From Candidatus Omnitrophota bacterium (GTDB lineage: Bacteria; Omnitrophota; Gorgyraeia; Duberdicusellales; 4484-171), in assembly GCA_021735655.1 (NCBI GenBank), contig JAIPGM010000002.1, positions 258,747-322,746 on the forward strand: a DNA stretch of 64,000 nucleotides. The letters run 5' to 3'. The notes under the pieces are model-generated. The model was not told the origin of the DNA. It made no database searches and worked only from the letters and a program-made list of their open reading frames with translations. This document shows, piece after piece, positions 9,177-18,314 of this stretch. The position numbers were made by a program, and so were the translations under genes. Every line of letters begins with the position of its first letter. The first letter of the stretch is position 1.

Positions 9177-9896
9177 CTATTCCTGTGCCGAATGAGTTGT
9201 ATGTTTTTCAACAAAAAGTACTATTTTTTCTTGAATTTCAGGATTTATGTCATTAAATTCAAGCCCCATACCGGGAAAATCTTCCGGCTGTATCTCTTGG
9301 TCAGAAATCCAGACTATTTTAGCATCAACTTCAAGTGTACCTGGTTCAGGAATTAGGTGTATTCGAGTATGTAATAAATCACCCATTGAAAATAATTTTT
9401 GGGCAGCTACAAAAACTCCATCCCCGCTTAAATTGATAATTTTTCCGCTATAGAACTCATCTTGACTAGAAAACTTCTGTCGGTATTCAATACTGGAGTT
9501 AAACGGTATTCGTTTAAAGCGTCGACGAAACTGACTGTCTGATGACTCAATGATATTCTTTTCTTCCTTAATCTTCTTTATCGCATGATCTTCGGTAACA
9601 TGATATTCAAAGATTCGATCTAAACCTACGATTGAAAATAATTTCATTACATGGGAGGGAACATTGCATAGCTTCATTGCTCCCTGATGATTCGATACAT
9701 TTTTATAAATTACGGCAATAAGTGATATGCCTACATAATCAATTAAATTAACACCTTCAAAATTACAAATGACGTTCTTGGATTTATTACTAAGAACCCA
9801 GCCAACAGTTTCAACAAAATTAGAGGCATTGATATCAATATTCCCTTCTAGGTCCAAAATGGCCATGCCCTCTTTTTCACGAATATCTATCTTCAT
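9177..9896 (-). CDS. STAS (anti-sigma-factor-antagonist-like) domain fused to C-terminal PilZ c-di-GMP-binding domain
   Basis: N-terminal SpoIIAA-like STAS region (MAILDLEGNIDINASNF...). C-terminal PilZ motifs RRRFKRIP (RxxxR) and NLSGDGVFV (D/NxSxxG). Confidence 0.6.
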   Translation of the reverse strand: MKIDIREKEGMAILDLEGNIDINASNFVETVGWVLSNKSKNVICNFEGVNLIDYVGISLIAVIYKNVSNHQGAMKLCNVPSHVMKLFSIVGLDRIFEYHVTEDHAIKKIKEEKNIIESSDSQFRRRFKRIPFNSSIEYRQKFSSQDEFYSGKIINLSGDGVFVAAQKLFSMGDLLHTRIHLIPEPGTLEVDAKIVWISDQEIQPEDFPGMGLEFNDINPEIQEKIVLFVEKHTTHSAQE

Positions 9897-9940
9897 TTGT
9901 CTCGACGAAATTACCCCTCTAGGGATTTGGTTAAGTTACC

Positions 9941-10675
9941 TTAGACAATTATGCTCAGAATTGCTACTAAAATACAGTAATAACCAAAAATAGCAAATTT
10001 CTCAGATTTTAGCACTTTTTTGACTATTTTCAAAGCTAAAAATCCTGAAGCAAATGCGGCCACAAAACCTCCACTAGCAGCCAAAATTGACATATTTAAG
10101 TCGGGTAGCTCCTTCATTTTTAGCAAAAATGCCCCTAAGGTAACTGGGATCATCATTAAAAACGAGGTCGTAAACGCCTCTTTTGGTTTAAAACCCCTAC
10201 CGATCAATCCAACGATAGTAATCCCTGAACGAGATATCCCTGGAAATATAGCTAAGCCCTGCAATAACCCGATAAATAATGATTCTTTTGTGGTAACAGT
10301 ATCATAATTTCGCTGTCCGAAAACTTTTTTCATACTAAGCAAAATTAGACCATTTATGATGAGAAGTAAACCAATCCAAAGTTTATTTTCAAAAAAACCA
10401 ACTAAAAAAGTGTTAATAGCTAGGCCAATTATTGCAGTAACTAGGGTAGTTATCCCTAATTGAATCAAAATCCTTCTTTTAGACAAAACTGACAATATGT
10501 CTCGACGTAAAAAAATAACGACTGCCAACAAAGTTGCTAAATGAAGAAGAACAAAGAAAGGAAGTAAATTTTGGCTAAAAGACAAAAGTCTTTTTATGAT
10601 ATAAAGATGTCCGGAGCTACTTATTGGAAGGAATTCAGTTAATCCTTGAGTAATGCCCAAAGCTATGGTTTTCAC
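9941..10675 (-). CDS. uppP: Undecaprenyl-diphosphatase
   Basis: TQGLTEFLPISSSGHL signature near N-terminus, PGISRSG second motif, 8 TM segments. Confidence 0.85.
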   Translation of the reverse strand: MKTIALGITQGLTEFLPISSSGHLYIIKRLLSFSQNLLPFFVLLHLATLLAVVIFLRRDILSVLSKRRILIQLGITTLVTAIIGLAINTFLVGFFENKLWIGLLLIINGLILLSMKKVFGQRNYDTVTTKESLFIGLLQGLAIFPGISRSGITIVGLIGRGFKPKEAFTTSFLMMIPVTLGAFLLKMKELPDLNMSILAASGGFVAAFASGFLALKIVKKVLKSEKFAIFGYYCILVAILSIIV

Positions 10676-10679
10676 TAAA

Positions 10680-11375
10680 TTAACCCTTTAAAAGAAGATA
10701 AAGCAAAGCGCCAAAAATAATTATACCAATAGCCAGTATGGTATATTCAAGAATCCCTGCCTTGCTTTTATTAAGTGGGATATCATCTAACACAAATTCC
10801 TCTTCAGGTTCGCTAACCGGTGTTTTTTTCGGCTCTGGCTCCGGTTCTGGTTCTGGCTCGGGAAGAATTTCCTCTTTTTCTGGTTCGGCCAAAGTTTCAG
10901 CGGGAACTGGCTCAATATTTTCGGAAGGCTTTCCTTGATTAGACTCTGGTTCCAAAGAAGCCAAGGCCTCTTCGGTTTTTTCAGGAACAATTTCAGTTAT
11001 CTCCTCAGAAACAACTGGCGTTTCTTTAATTTCTGGCTCTGGTTCTATAGCTGGTATCTCTGAAGAAATATCAGCTGCACCAGGCACATATTCCATATCC
11101 TCTCTTGGCTCAACCGGCAAAGCCGGTTCAGGAGCTAACTCTGGTTGAATCTCTGGAACTTCTTTTTCAACTGAAGGTGTTATTACTGGCTCTGGCTGAG
11201 CTTCTTCTGATTTTACCGATTCTTCGTCAATAGCCAACTTATCCATGAGTTCGCCTAAAGTACTCCGACAATCATGGCAAACACAAAGATGCTCTTCAAC
11301 ATTTTTTATTTCATCTTCATTCGCAGTGTGATTAAAATATTTAGGAATTATAATTTTAATTTCTTCGCAGTCCAT
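10680..11375 (-). CDS. Zinc-finger (HC2-type) anti-sigma-factor-like membrane protein with Pro/Glu-rich repeat linker
   Basis: N-terminal EEHLCVCHDCRSTLGELMDKL motif (zf-HC2); long PEPEPEPEPEP/EPxPE low-complexity stretch; C-terminal TM helix. Confidence 0.5.
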   Translation of the reverse strand: MDCEEIKIIIPKYFNHTANEDEIKNVEEHLCVCHDCRSTLGELMDKLAIDEESVKSEEAQPEPVITPSVEKEVPEIQPELAPEPALPVEPREDMEYVPGAADISSEIPAIEPEPEIKETPVVSEEITEIVPEKTEEALASLEPESNQGKPSENIEPVPAETLAEPEKEEILPEPEPEPEPEPKKTPVSEPEEEFVLDDIPLNKSKAGILEYTILAIGIIIFGALLYLLLKG

Positions 11376-11484
11376 ACAGCCTCTCCTTTTTTTAAGGATA
11401 TATGATTTTGTAATATTATAGCATAGAGAGACCCTATCGCAAGAAAATATTTTAACCAGAGAGGTTATTTAACTTAAAATAGCC

Positions 11485-13455
11485 CTAAAAGCTTACTTTA
11501 CAACCGGCAAAGAAGTTTCTTTCTGGAGAAGGATAAAGTCCTCGCGTGGTACCGGTAAGATTAGTTGCAGCGTACTCACTGTAAAGTTCGTTAAATAAAT
11601 TATTAACACCGGCAAAAAGCTCTAACTTTTTTCCGGTATAACTTAATTTTATATTAGTTGTGTTGTAACTTTTTAACTTAGGGCTGATATTATTAAGATC
11701 ATTAATTAAATAAACTTTATCTCGATAAAGATAATCAGCAAAAAATGAAAAGCGTTCAAAAAAATCATATTTTACCGAAGCTGTAAGCATAGCCTTAGGA
11801 ACGAAAGGAACTTCCTTTCCAGCGTAAACACCGCCACGGAATTTCGCATCGATAAAGCGATAGCCGAGAGTAAACTTTGTATTGTCAAATGGGGTAAGGG
11901 TTGTAGTGAGATTCGCACCTTGACGACGAATTTTACTATAATTTTCGTTAGCGAACGTCCCTGGGTTGTAGTATATTTCGTTATTAACATTCATTTGAAA
12001 ATAATCCAAAGATGTGGTTAAAAAGTCAGTTAAACGCATATTGGCCCCCAAACTTATAGTTTTAGAACGTTGTGGTTTTAAATTTGTATTAATTGCTGCA
12101 GCCGGCCAAGTAACTAAGTATTCATCGGTCTTACCGACCCTCAAACCTCGCGAAAAATTAAGATAAATATTACTTTCGTTATCGATTTTATAGTTAAGTC
12201 CAGTTTCATACAAGCCTTCTCGAAAATTCAATCCATCATCAGTGCTTGTAGAACCAAAATAATCAAAAGTAAACTTTTCTTTTTGCACCCTAGCCCCTAA
12301 ATGCCCAGCAAGTTTTTCATTAAAGCTAATTTCATCCTGTAAAAACCAAGCTAGGCTCTGTCGATCAATGTCAGTAGCCGCGCTTGAGGTATCAGCTGAT
12401 AAATCCGAACTATAAAATTCAAATCCGGCAATTAGCTCTTGTTGAATTCCTCTAGTATCAAAAGACAATAATAGTTGTGGCCGCGCTTGAAAATTAGTTA
12501 TATGTTTGTCAGTAGACATGCTATAAGAAAGTAAATCCTCCAACTCATTTCGGTTACGATAAAATAAATCAACTGAAGCAATCAGCTCAGGTGAAAACTC
12601 GTTTTTAATAGTTAAGCCTAAAGTATTATCCTCTCGTTGATAGTTATTTAAAGGAGTTGTTGAGTCACGACGTGAAGTTCCAGCTAACCGTTCAGCTTCG
12701 GTTATATCATCTGGCAATCCATAGATATATTCGTGATGAGTCAAGTCAGCACTTATCTCTAACTGTTCGGTAGGCCTAGAGTTTAGTTCTATTGAGCTGT
12801 ATTTTGAGCGGTAATGACTATTTTGACGATAACCACTTGTTGAATGGTACTCAGAAAATGTGCGAAACGATAAAAGGTCTTCTCCACCTGAGGCTGAAAT
12901 AGACTCTTTGGTCGAGCGGTAACTTCCGGCTTCAAAGTTAACTTCAACTGAAAGATCCTTAGCTTGAGGATCTTTTGAAATAATATTAACTATTCCTCCG
13001 GCAGCACCCTCTCCATACAGGACAACTCCGCCACCCCGGATTACTTCTATTCGTTCAACATTTTTTAAGGGCAACTCAGTCCAGTTAACTCCGCTCATAT
13101 CGATTTCATTAATTTTTCGACCATTCACTAAAACCAGCATGTTTGATGCAGCATTATCACCAAAACCCATCATATCAACAGTTGTCTTAACGTTAGTTCC
13201 GTAATAATCGCTGACGTGTAACGACGGAACATTTCTTAAGAAATCAATTACTGTGCTTGATCCGCTAGCCTTGATATGTTTCTCGGTATATACTTTGGTC
13301 GCATAAGGAGTTTCAGAAATTGTTGTTTCTTCTACTCCGGCATAAGGAGTTACTACTATTTGCTCTAAATCTATTTGTCCTTGCGCCAACAAAGGACTTA
13401 ATGATCCAAATTGAATAGTCAAAAATAATATTAAAAATACAAAACACCTTTTCAT
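11485..13455 (-). CDS. TonB-dependent outer-membrane receptor (BtuB-like, cobalamin-riboswitch controlled)
   Basis: Signal peptide MKRCFVFLILFLT...LLAQG; TonB-box/plug region; C-terminal beta-barrel ending in aromatic residue (…GCKVSF). True start set at the ATG 8 nt downstream of the AAGGAGGGGG RBS. The upstream 22 codons of the track ORF overlap a terminator hairpin. Confidence 0.8.
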   Translation of the reverse strand: MKRCFVFLILFLTIQFGSLSPLLAQGQIDLEQIVVTPYAGVEETTISETPYATKVYTEKHIKASGSSTVIDFLRNVPSLHVSDYYGTNVKTTVDMMGFGDNAASNMLVLVNGRKINEIDMSGVNWTELPLKNVERIEVIRGGGVVLYGEGAAGGIVNIISKDPQAKDLSVEVNFEAGSYRSTKESISASGGEDLLSFRTFSEYHSTSGYRQNSHYRSKYSSIELNSRPTEQLEISADLTHHEYIYGLPDDITEAERLAGTSRRDSTTPLNNYQREDNTLGLTIKNEFSPELIASVDLFYRNRNELEDLLSYSMSTDKHITNFQARPQLLLSFDTRGIQQELIAGFEFYSSDLSADTSSAATDIDRQSLAWFLQDEISFNEKLAGHLGARVQKEKFTFDYFGSTSTDDGLNFREGLYETGLNYKIDNESNIYLNFSRGLRVGKTDEYLVTWPAAAINTNLKPQRSKTISLGANMRLTDFLTTSLDYFQMNVNNEIYYNPGTFANENYSKIRRQGANLTTTLTPFDNTKFTLGYRFIDAKFRGGVYAGKEVPFVPKAMLTASVKYDFFERFSFFADYLYRDKVYLINDLNNISPKLKSYNTTNIKLSYTGKKLELFAGVNNLFNELYSEYAATNLTGTTRGLYPSPERNFFAGCKVSF

Positions 13456-13485
13456 ACTACCCCCTCCTTTAAAACTAATCTTAAA

Positions 13486-13516
13486 ATAAAAAAACCCTAT
13501 ACCTTCTGGTATAGGG
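13486..13516 (-). terminator. Rho-independent terminator forming the riboswitch expression platform (attenuator)
   Basis: Minus strand CCCUAUACC-AGAA-GGUAUAGGG followed by UUUUUUU. It sits between the B12 aptamer and the RBS of the TonB-dependent receptor. Confidence 0.6.
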
Positions 13517-13590
13517 TGCACCCTGATTTACTTGGCCCTAAAATAAAAAAATTCAGGTAATGTTTCCACGCAAAACCTAAACTTTGCTTC

Positions 13591-13772
13591 TTACGGCAGG
13601 TCTTCTGACTTCCCTACATCTTTTAGCTACCTTCCCACCTGCATTTTAAAACAGATAGTGGTTTAAATCGCTAAAAGGGCCCTAAAATTATCTCTAGGGG
13701 TCGGGATCACAGCACCGGGAGTGTCTCCGATTCTCACGGAGTTCCCTATTAAGCTCCTTTTGAGCACCGTAA
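13591..13772 (-). promoter_or_regulatory. Cobalamin (B12) riboswitch aptamer
   Basis: Minus strand contains AAUAGGGAAC-UCCGUGAGAAUCGGAG (matches the btuB-type AAUAGGGAA...GUGcGAAUC...GGAG core), CCCGGUGCUGUGA, GGUGGGAAGG and the B12-box-like AAGUCAGAAGACCUGCC. P1 closes with UUACGG/CCGUAA. Located in the 5' UTR of a TonB-dependent receptor. Confidence 0.75.
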
Positions 13773-13974
13773 AATTAGCTACTTTTATACAAAGAACATC
13801 TGTATTATAACTTACAACTTTAACCTGTCAACATAAATAGCTCTTCATTTTCGCTAATTTCAAGGCTTTAATTTTACTGAAACTACTTTCAGCAAAGTTA
13901 AAAACTACCTTGAAATATGCATATAAATATGTTATATTTTCCTGAATCGCTAATATATTTAAATAGCAATAACT

Positions 13975-14127
13975 ATGAAAAAATCATTTACTTTAATCGA
14001 ACTCATTGTAATTATGATAATCACCGCTCTCCTAACGATCATTATTAAGCCTCGGGTTTTTATAAGCGCAGAAAAAGCCTATATGGGGCAAAAAAATAAA
14101 GCCTTCTTCCTTTCATCTTTCCAATAA
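13975..14127 (+). CDS. Small type IV pilin-like protein (prepilin N-terminal helix only, 50 aa)
   Basis: MKKSFTLIELIVIMIITALLTIIIKP... is the class-III signal/N-methylation motif (FTLIEL with Glu at +5). The ORF is only 50 aa and is below the ORF-track cutoff. An A/T-rich promoter-like region lies upstream. Confidence 0.4.
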   Translation: MKKSFTLIELIVIMIITALLTIIIKPRVFISAEKAYMGQKNKAFFLSSFQ

Positions 14128-14146
14128 AATGACCGATTTTAAAACA

Positions 14147-14219
14147 TGCCCCCATCCCGACTCGAACGGGAATTTCAGCCTTAGGAGGGCCGCGCTCTAT
14201 CCTGTTGAGCTATAGGGGC
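14147..14219 (-). tRNA. tRNA-Arg (anticodon CCU)
   Basis: Minus strand GCCCCUAUAGCUCAACAGGAUAGAGCGCGGCCCUCCUAAGGCUGAAAUUCCCGUUCGAGUCGGGAUGGGGGCA. 7-bp acceptor stem (one G-U); D-arm GCUC/GAGC; anticodon stem CGGCC/GGCUG with loop CUCCUAA (U33, anticodon CCU, A37); T-arm UCCCG-UUCGAGU-CGGGA; discriminator A. No encoded CCA. Confidence 0.85.
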
Positions 14220-14228
14220 GACGAATGG

Positions 14229-14741
14229 TTAGTATTTGATGAGGGAATAAACTGGATAGTCTATAATCTTGTCTTTACCTTTAAGGCCAACAAGCTCGAT
14301 TAAAAAAGCAATACCAACAATCTCGGCCTTGAGTTCTTTTGCTAGATTAACCATAGCATTAGCAGTTCCGCCAATTGCCAGTAAATCGTCTAGGATTAAG
14401 ACCTTAGCTCCTTCAGGGAAAGCATCCTTGTGAATTTCTAAGGAGTCCTCTCCGTACTCTAAAGCATAAGTATGACTATGAGTCTCAGCCGGAAGCTTTC
14501 CCGGTTTTCTGACCGGGACAAAACCACAACCTAATTTATAAGCCAATGCTCCACCAAAAATAAAACCGCGAGATTCAGCAGCCACAATATAGTCAAACTG
14601 AAGATCTTTAAGTAATTCTGCCAATTGATCAATCGCCAATCTAAAAGCCTCTTTATTATTCAATAATGTAGTAATGTCACGAAACAAAATACCTTTCCTA
14701 GGGAAGTCAGGAATAGCCCTTATGTATTTGCTAAGTTCCAT
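14229..14741 (-). CDS. apt: Adenine phosphoribosyltransferase
   Basis: PRTase type I fold with VLILDDLLAIGGTANA PRPP-binding motif and FPRKGILFRDIT N-terminal motif; 170 aa. Confidence 0.85.
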   Translation of the reverse strand: MELSKYIRAIPDFPRKGILFRDITTLLNNKEAFRLAIDQLAELLKDLQFDYIVAAESRGFIFGGALAYKLGCGFVPVRKPGKLPAETHSHTYALEYGEDSLEIHKDAFPEGAKVLILDDLLAIGGTANAMVNLAKELKAEIVGIAFLIELVGLKGKDKIIDYPVYSLIKY

Positions 14742-15559
14742 TACTCTACCTCCCTTTTTCGCTCTTCTTGAGTATACTTACGTAATTTCTTTAAAGCTTC
14801 TTGCTCGATTTGTCTTACTCGTTCTCGAGATACATTTAAAACACTCGCCACCTCGGCTAAAGTATGCGGTCGACCATCAGTTATTCCAAAGCGTAGATCA
14901 AGCACCGACTTCTCACGGTCACCAATCGAAGTAAGTAGCTGCTTGACTCTTTCTTTAGTAAAAGCCATCTCAACGTTAGCTTCGGTGTCGGCATATTCGC
15001 TACTCTCGATAAAATCACTTAATTGTGATTCGCCTTCGCTTCCTACCGGGGCCTCAAGCGAGGATTTTTTCTGAGACCAAAGTTCAATCTCAGAAATTTT
15101 ATCAACTTTCATCTTTAGCTTTTTAGAAAGCTCAAGTCTAGTTGGTTCGCGACCATTTTTTTGACGTAACTGCTCGCAAGCTTTCTTATACTTTGATTGT
15201 AGCTCACTCATATATACCGGAATGCGAATAGTTTTACCTTGATCGATTAAAGATCTCGTTACGGCTTGGCGTATCCACCAAGCAGCGTAAGTTGAAAAGC
15301 GGTAGCCTCTGCGAGTATCGAATTTGTCGATCGCCCGCATAAGACCAATATTTCCTTCAGCAATTAAATCCATCAAGGTGAGATTAAAGTGACTGTAGTG
15401 TTTAGAAATATTTACCACTAATTTTAAATTACAATTAATTACTTTACGACGAGCATCTCGGCTGCCTTTTTTTGCCTTTTGAATTAAATCTATCTCTTCT
15501 TTTTTAGTAAGCAGCGGTAGATCTTTGATTCTTTCTAAATAGGCTTTAATTGCGTCCAT
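14741..15559 (-). CDS. RNA polymerase sigma factor, RpoD/SigA family (compact, no region 1.1)
   Basis: Region 2 (DLIAEGNIGLMRAIDKFDTRRGYRFSTYAAWWIRQAVTRSL...TIRIPVYM) and region 4 HTH (TLAEVASVLNVSRERVRQIEQEALKKLR). Confidence 0.8.
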   Translation of the reverse strand: MDAIKAYLERIKDLPLLTKKEEIDLIQKAKKGSRDARRKVINCNLKLVVNISKHYSHFNLTLMDLIAEGNIGLMRAIDKFDTRRGYRFSTYAAWWIRQAVTRSLIDQGKTIRIPVYMSELQSKYKKACEQLRQKNGREPTRLELSKKLKMKVDKISEIELWSQKKSSLEAPVGSEGESQLSDFIESSEYADTEANVEMAFTKERVKQLLTSIGDREKSVLDLRFGITDGRPHTLAEVASVLNVSRERVRQIEQEALKKLRKYTQEERKREVE

Positions 15560-15567
15560 AGTATTTT

Positions 15568-18288
15568 TTACTTTTTAGATTTAGTTTTCTTTTTTTGTCC
15601 GTTTTCCATTATTACTGCTTGAGCAGCAGCCAATTTGGCAATCGGCACTCGGTAAGGAGAGCAACTAACATAATTTAATCCGGCCTTGTGACAAAACTTA
15701 ACTGACTCAGAATCTCCGCCATGCTCTCCACAAATACCACATTTGAGCTTCTCATTGGTTGTTCGGCCTAAGCGTACTGCAGTTTTTACAAGTTGCCCGA
15801 CACCTTCTTGATCAATTGTTTGAAAAGGATCATCAGGTAAAATTTTCTTTTCGATGTATTCCGGAAGAAAAACTCCGGCATCATCGCGACTGTACCCGAA
15901 AGTCATCTGAGTAAGGTCATTTGTACCAAAAGAGAAAAATTCAGCTTTTTTGGCAACTCGGTCAGCAGTTAATGCTGCCCGAGGAATTTCAATCATTGTC
16001 CCAACCATATACTTTACCTTAGATTGCGATTTAGCAAGAACTTCCTCAGCAGTCTTACGAACGATTTCTTCTAAATATTCAAATTCATTAGTTGTTCCAA
16101 TAAGTGGGATCATGATTTCCGGAAGAACTTTTACCCCTTTCTTGGCCATGTTACAAGCAGCTTCGATAATCGCTGTTGTTTGCATAACACAAAGTTCAGG
16201 ATAAGTAATTGATAACCGACAACCACGATGACCAAGCATCGGATTTAACTCGTGTAATTTTTTAACCAACTCATTTACTTTTGCTGGTGTAATATCCAAG
16301 CGTTTTGCCATTTCCTTTTGCCCGGCCTCATCATTAGGTAAAAATTCATGTAATGGCGGATCAAGAAGTCGAATTGTTACCGGCAGACCATTCATCTCTT
16401 TAAAAATCCCTTCAAAGTCTTTTCTTTGAAAGGGAAGTAATTTCTTGAGTGCTGCCTCTCGGCCTTTCAAATCTTGAGCTAAAATAAACTCGCGCACAGC
16501 CCAAATTCTTTCTCCCTCAAAAAACATATGTTCGGTCCGGGTAAGCCCAATGCCTTCGGCGCCCAATTTCCGAGCTGCCGCTGAGTCTTTAGGGGTATCA
16601 GCATTGGTTCGAACATTAAGCTTTCGATATTGATCAGCCCAAGCCATTACCTGAACAAACATTTTGTAAATCGGGCTCTTTTTAGCAATTGGATTGTTCT
16701 CAACAACTCCGGCGATTACTGGACTCACCGTAGCTGTTACATCTCCGAGCATAACTTCTCCGGTTGATCCGTCCAAGGAAAGACAATCACCCTCGTTAAT
16801 TATAATATTGCCAACTGATATTTGTTTTTTAGCGTAGTTAATATTTAAAGCGCTACATCCAGCAATACAACATTTACCCCAACCTCTAGCAACTACAGCT
16901 GCATGGGAAGTCATTCCACCGGTTGAAGTCAATATTCCTTCGGCAGCATGCATTCCAGCCACATCTTCAGGAGAAGTTTCGTGACGGACAAGTATAACCT
17001 TTTTTCCTTTTTTCTTCCAAGCTTCGGCATCTTCAGCGGTAAATACGACTGATCCGGAAGCAGCCCCTGGTCCAGCCGGAAGGCCTTTAGCCACTCTTTG
17101 AGCTTTATTTTTAGCTGCGGGCTCAAAGATTGGAAAAAGAAGCTGATTGAGTTGGTCACCCTCAATCCGCATGATTGCTTCTTTCGGTGTAATCATTTTT
17201 TCTTGTACCATATCATAGGCAATCTTAACTGCCGCAAGCCCAGTACGCTTTCCAGTACGAGTCTGAAGCATAAATAGTCTGCCTTCCTGTATGGTGAATT
17301 CTACATCTTGTATATCTTTGTAGTGTTGTTCGAGTTTTTCCTTAATCGCATAAAGTTGTTTGTAAATTTTCGGCATTTCTGTTTTAAGGTCCTCTATCGG
17401 CTCAGGGGTTCTTATTCCAGCAACCACATCTTCACCTTGAGCATTAATAAGAAACTCGCCAAAGAATTTCTTTTCTCCATTTGAAGGATTACGAGTAAAA
17501 GCCACTCCAGTTCCCGAAGTATTACCCATATTTCCAAAAACCATAGCTTGAACATTAACTGCTGTTCCCAAGAGTCCGGTGATTTTATTTATTCTTCGAT
17601 AAATTACGGCTCGCTCAATATTCCAGGAAGCAAATACGGCATTAACTGCCGCCATTAATTGATCTTTTGCGTCAGTTGGAAATGCCTTCTTTACATGTTT
17701 TTTATACACATCTTTATACTCCGCAACCAACTCTTTAAGCTGTGCGGCGGTAAGATCATTGTCCTGCTTTGCTTTATATTTTTTCTTAATCAAGGTTAGT
17801 TTTTCTTCAAAATGTTCATGGTCAACACCCATAACTACATTTCCAAACATATCAATAAAACGTCGGTAAGCATCCCAAGCAAGACGTTCGTTACCAGTTT
17901 TCTTTGCTAGACCGATTACCGCAGCATCATTTAAGCCTAGATTAAGAACTGTATCCATCATTCCCGGCATTGAAACCGCGGCACCGCTGCGTACTGAAAC
18001 TAACAAAGGGTTATTAGAATCACCCAATTTTGCCTGCATGCTTTTTTCTAAATTGCTAATGTTAGCATCGATTTGTCTTTGCAAATCAGCTGGATATTTT
18101 TTTCCGTGTTTATTATAATAGTCGCAAACTTCAGTCGAAATCGTAAACCCCGGCGGCACCGGTACTCCGATGCTACACATTTCAGCCAAATTTGCACCTT
18201 TTCCACCAAGAATATTCTTCATTTTTGCATTACCATCAGATTTTTCCTTGCTGAAAAAATATACGTACTTTTTCTTCTTGTCAGCCAT
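15568..18288 (-). CDS. ppdK: Pyruvate, phosphate dikinase
   Basis: 906 aa with PPDK N-terminus (KYVYFF...[10 protein letters not shown]), central phospho-His domain ([18 protein letters not shown]) and C-terminal PEP-utilising TIM barrel. Confidence 0.9.
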   Translation of the reverse strand: MADKKKKYVYFFSKEKSDGNAKMKNILGGKGANLAEMCSIGVPVPPGFTISTEVCDYYNKHGKKYPADLQRQIDANISNLEKSMQAKLGDSNNPLLVSVRSGAAVSMPGMMDTVLNLGLNDAAVIGLAKKTGNERLAWDAYRRFIDMFGNVVMGVDHEHFEEKLTLIKKKYKAKQDNDLTAAQLKELVAEYKDVYKKHVKKAFPTDAKDQLMAAVNAVFASWNIERAVIYRRINKITGLLGTAVNVQAMVFGNMGNTSGTGVAFTRNPSNGEKKFFGEFLINAQGEDVVAGIRTPEPIEDLKTEMPKIYKQLYAIKEKLEQHYKDIQDVEFTIQEGRLFMLQTRTGKRTGLAAVKIAYDMVQEKMITPKEAIMRIEGDQLNQLLFPIFEPAAKNKAQRVAKGLPAGPGAASGSVVFTAEDAEAWKKKGKKVILVRHETSPEDVAGMHAAEGILTSTGGMTSHAAVVARGWGKCCIAGCSALNINYAKKQISVGNIIINEGDCLSLDGSTGEVMLGDVTATVSPVIAGVVENNPIAKKSPIYKMFVQVMAWADQYRKLNVRTNADTPKDSAAARKLGAEGIGLTRTEHMFFEGERIWAVREFILAQDLKGREAALKKLLPFQRKDFEGIFKEMNGLPVTIRLLDPPLHEFLPNDEAGQKEMAKRLDITPAKVNELVKKLHELNPMLGHRGCRLSITYPELCVMQTTAIIEAACNMAKKGVKVLPEIMIPLIGTTNEFEYLEEIVRKTAEEVLAKSQSKVKYMVGTMIEIPRAALTADRVAKKAEFFSFGTNDLTQMTFGYSRDDAGVFLPEYIEKKILPDDPFQTIDQEGVGQLVKTAVRLGRTTNEKLKCGICGEHGGDSESVKFCHKAGLNYVSCSPYRVPIAKLAAAQAVIMENGQKKKTKSKK

Positions 18289-18314
18289 TTTTAGCCTCTC
18301 CTTATTTTGCTGCT

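Noticed and set aside
10738-10938. Plus-strand ORF encoding GSGSGSGSG repeats
   Set aside because: Antisense shadow of the PEPEPE repeat in the minus-strand anti-sigma-like gene; no independent signals.
10860-11200. Possible tandem-repeat or CRISPR-like periodicity
   Set aside because: The periodicity is a short coding dipeptide repeat (Pro-Glu) within a CDS, not spacer-repeat architecture. No CRISPR arrays were found anywhere in the window.
11772-11990. Same-strand internal ORFs (11772-11990, 16929-17165, 19286-19486, 19888-20151, 10787-10990, 52249-52434)
   Set aside because: Alternative-frame ORFs nested within longer, homology-supported CDSs.
13456-13521. N-terminal 22 codons (MHPIPEGIGFFYFKISFKGGGS) of the track ORF for the TonB-dependent receptor
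   Set aside because: They translate a riboswitch terminator hairpin and poly-A run. A strong RBS and signal peptide start at the internal Met (13455), so the true CDS is shorter.
13517-13526. GGGTGCACCC mini-palindrome next to the riboswitch terminator
   Set aside because: It is probably part of the anti-terminator or terminator alternative pairing of the B12 expression platform rather than a protein-binding site.
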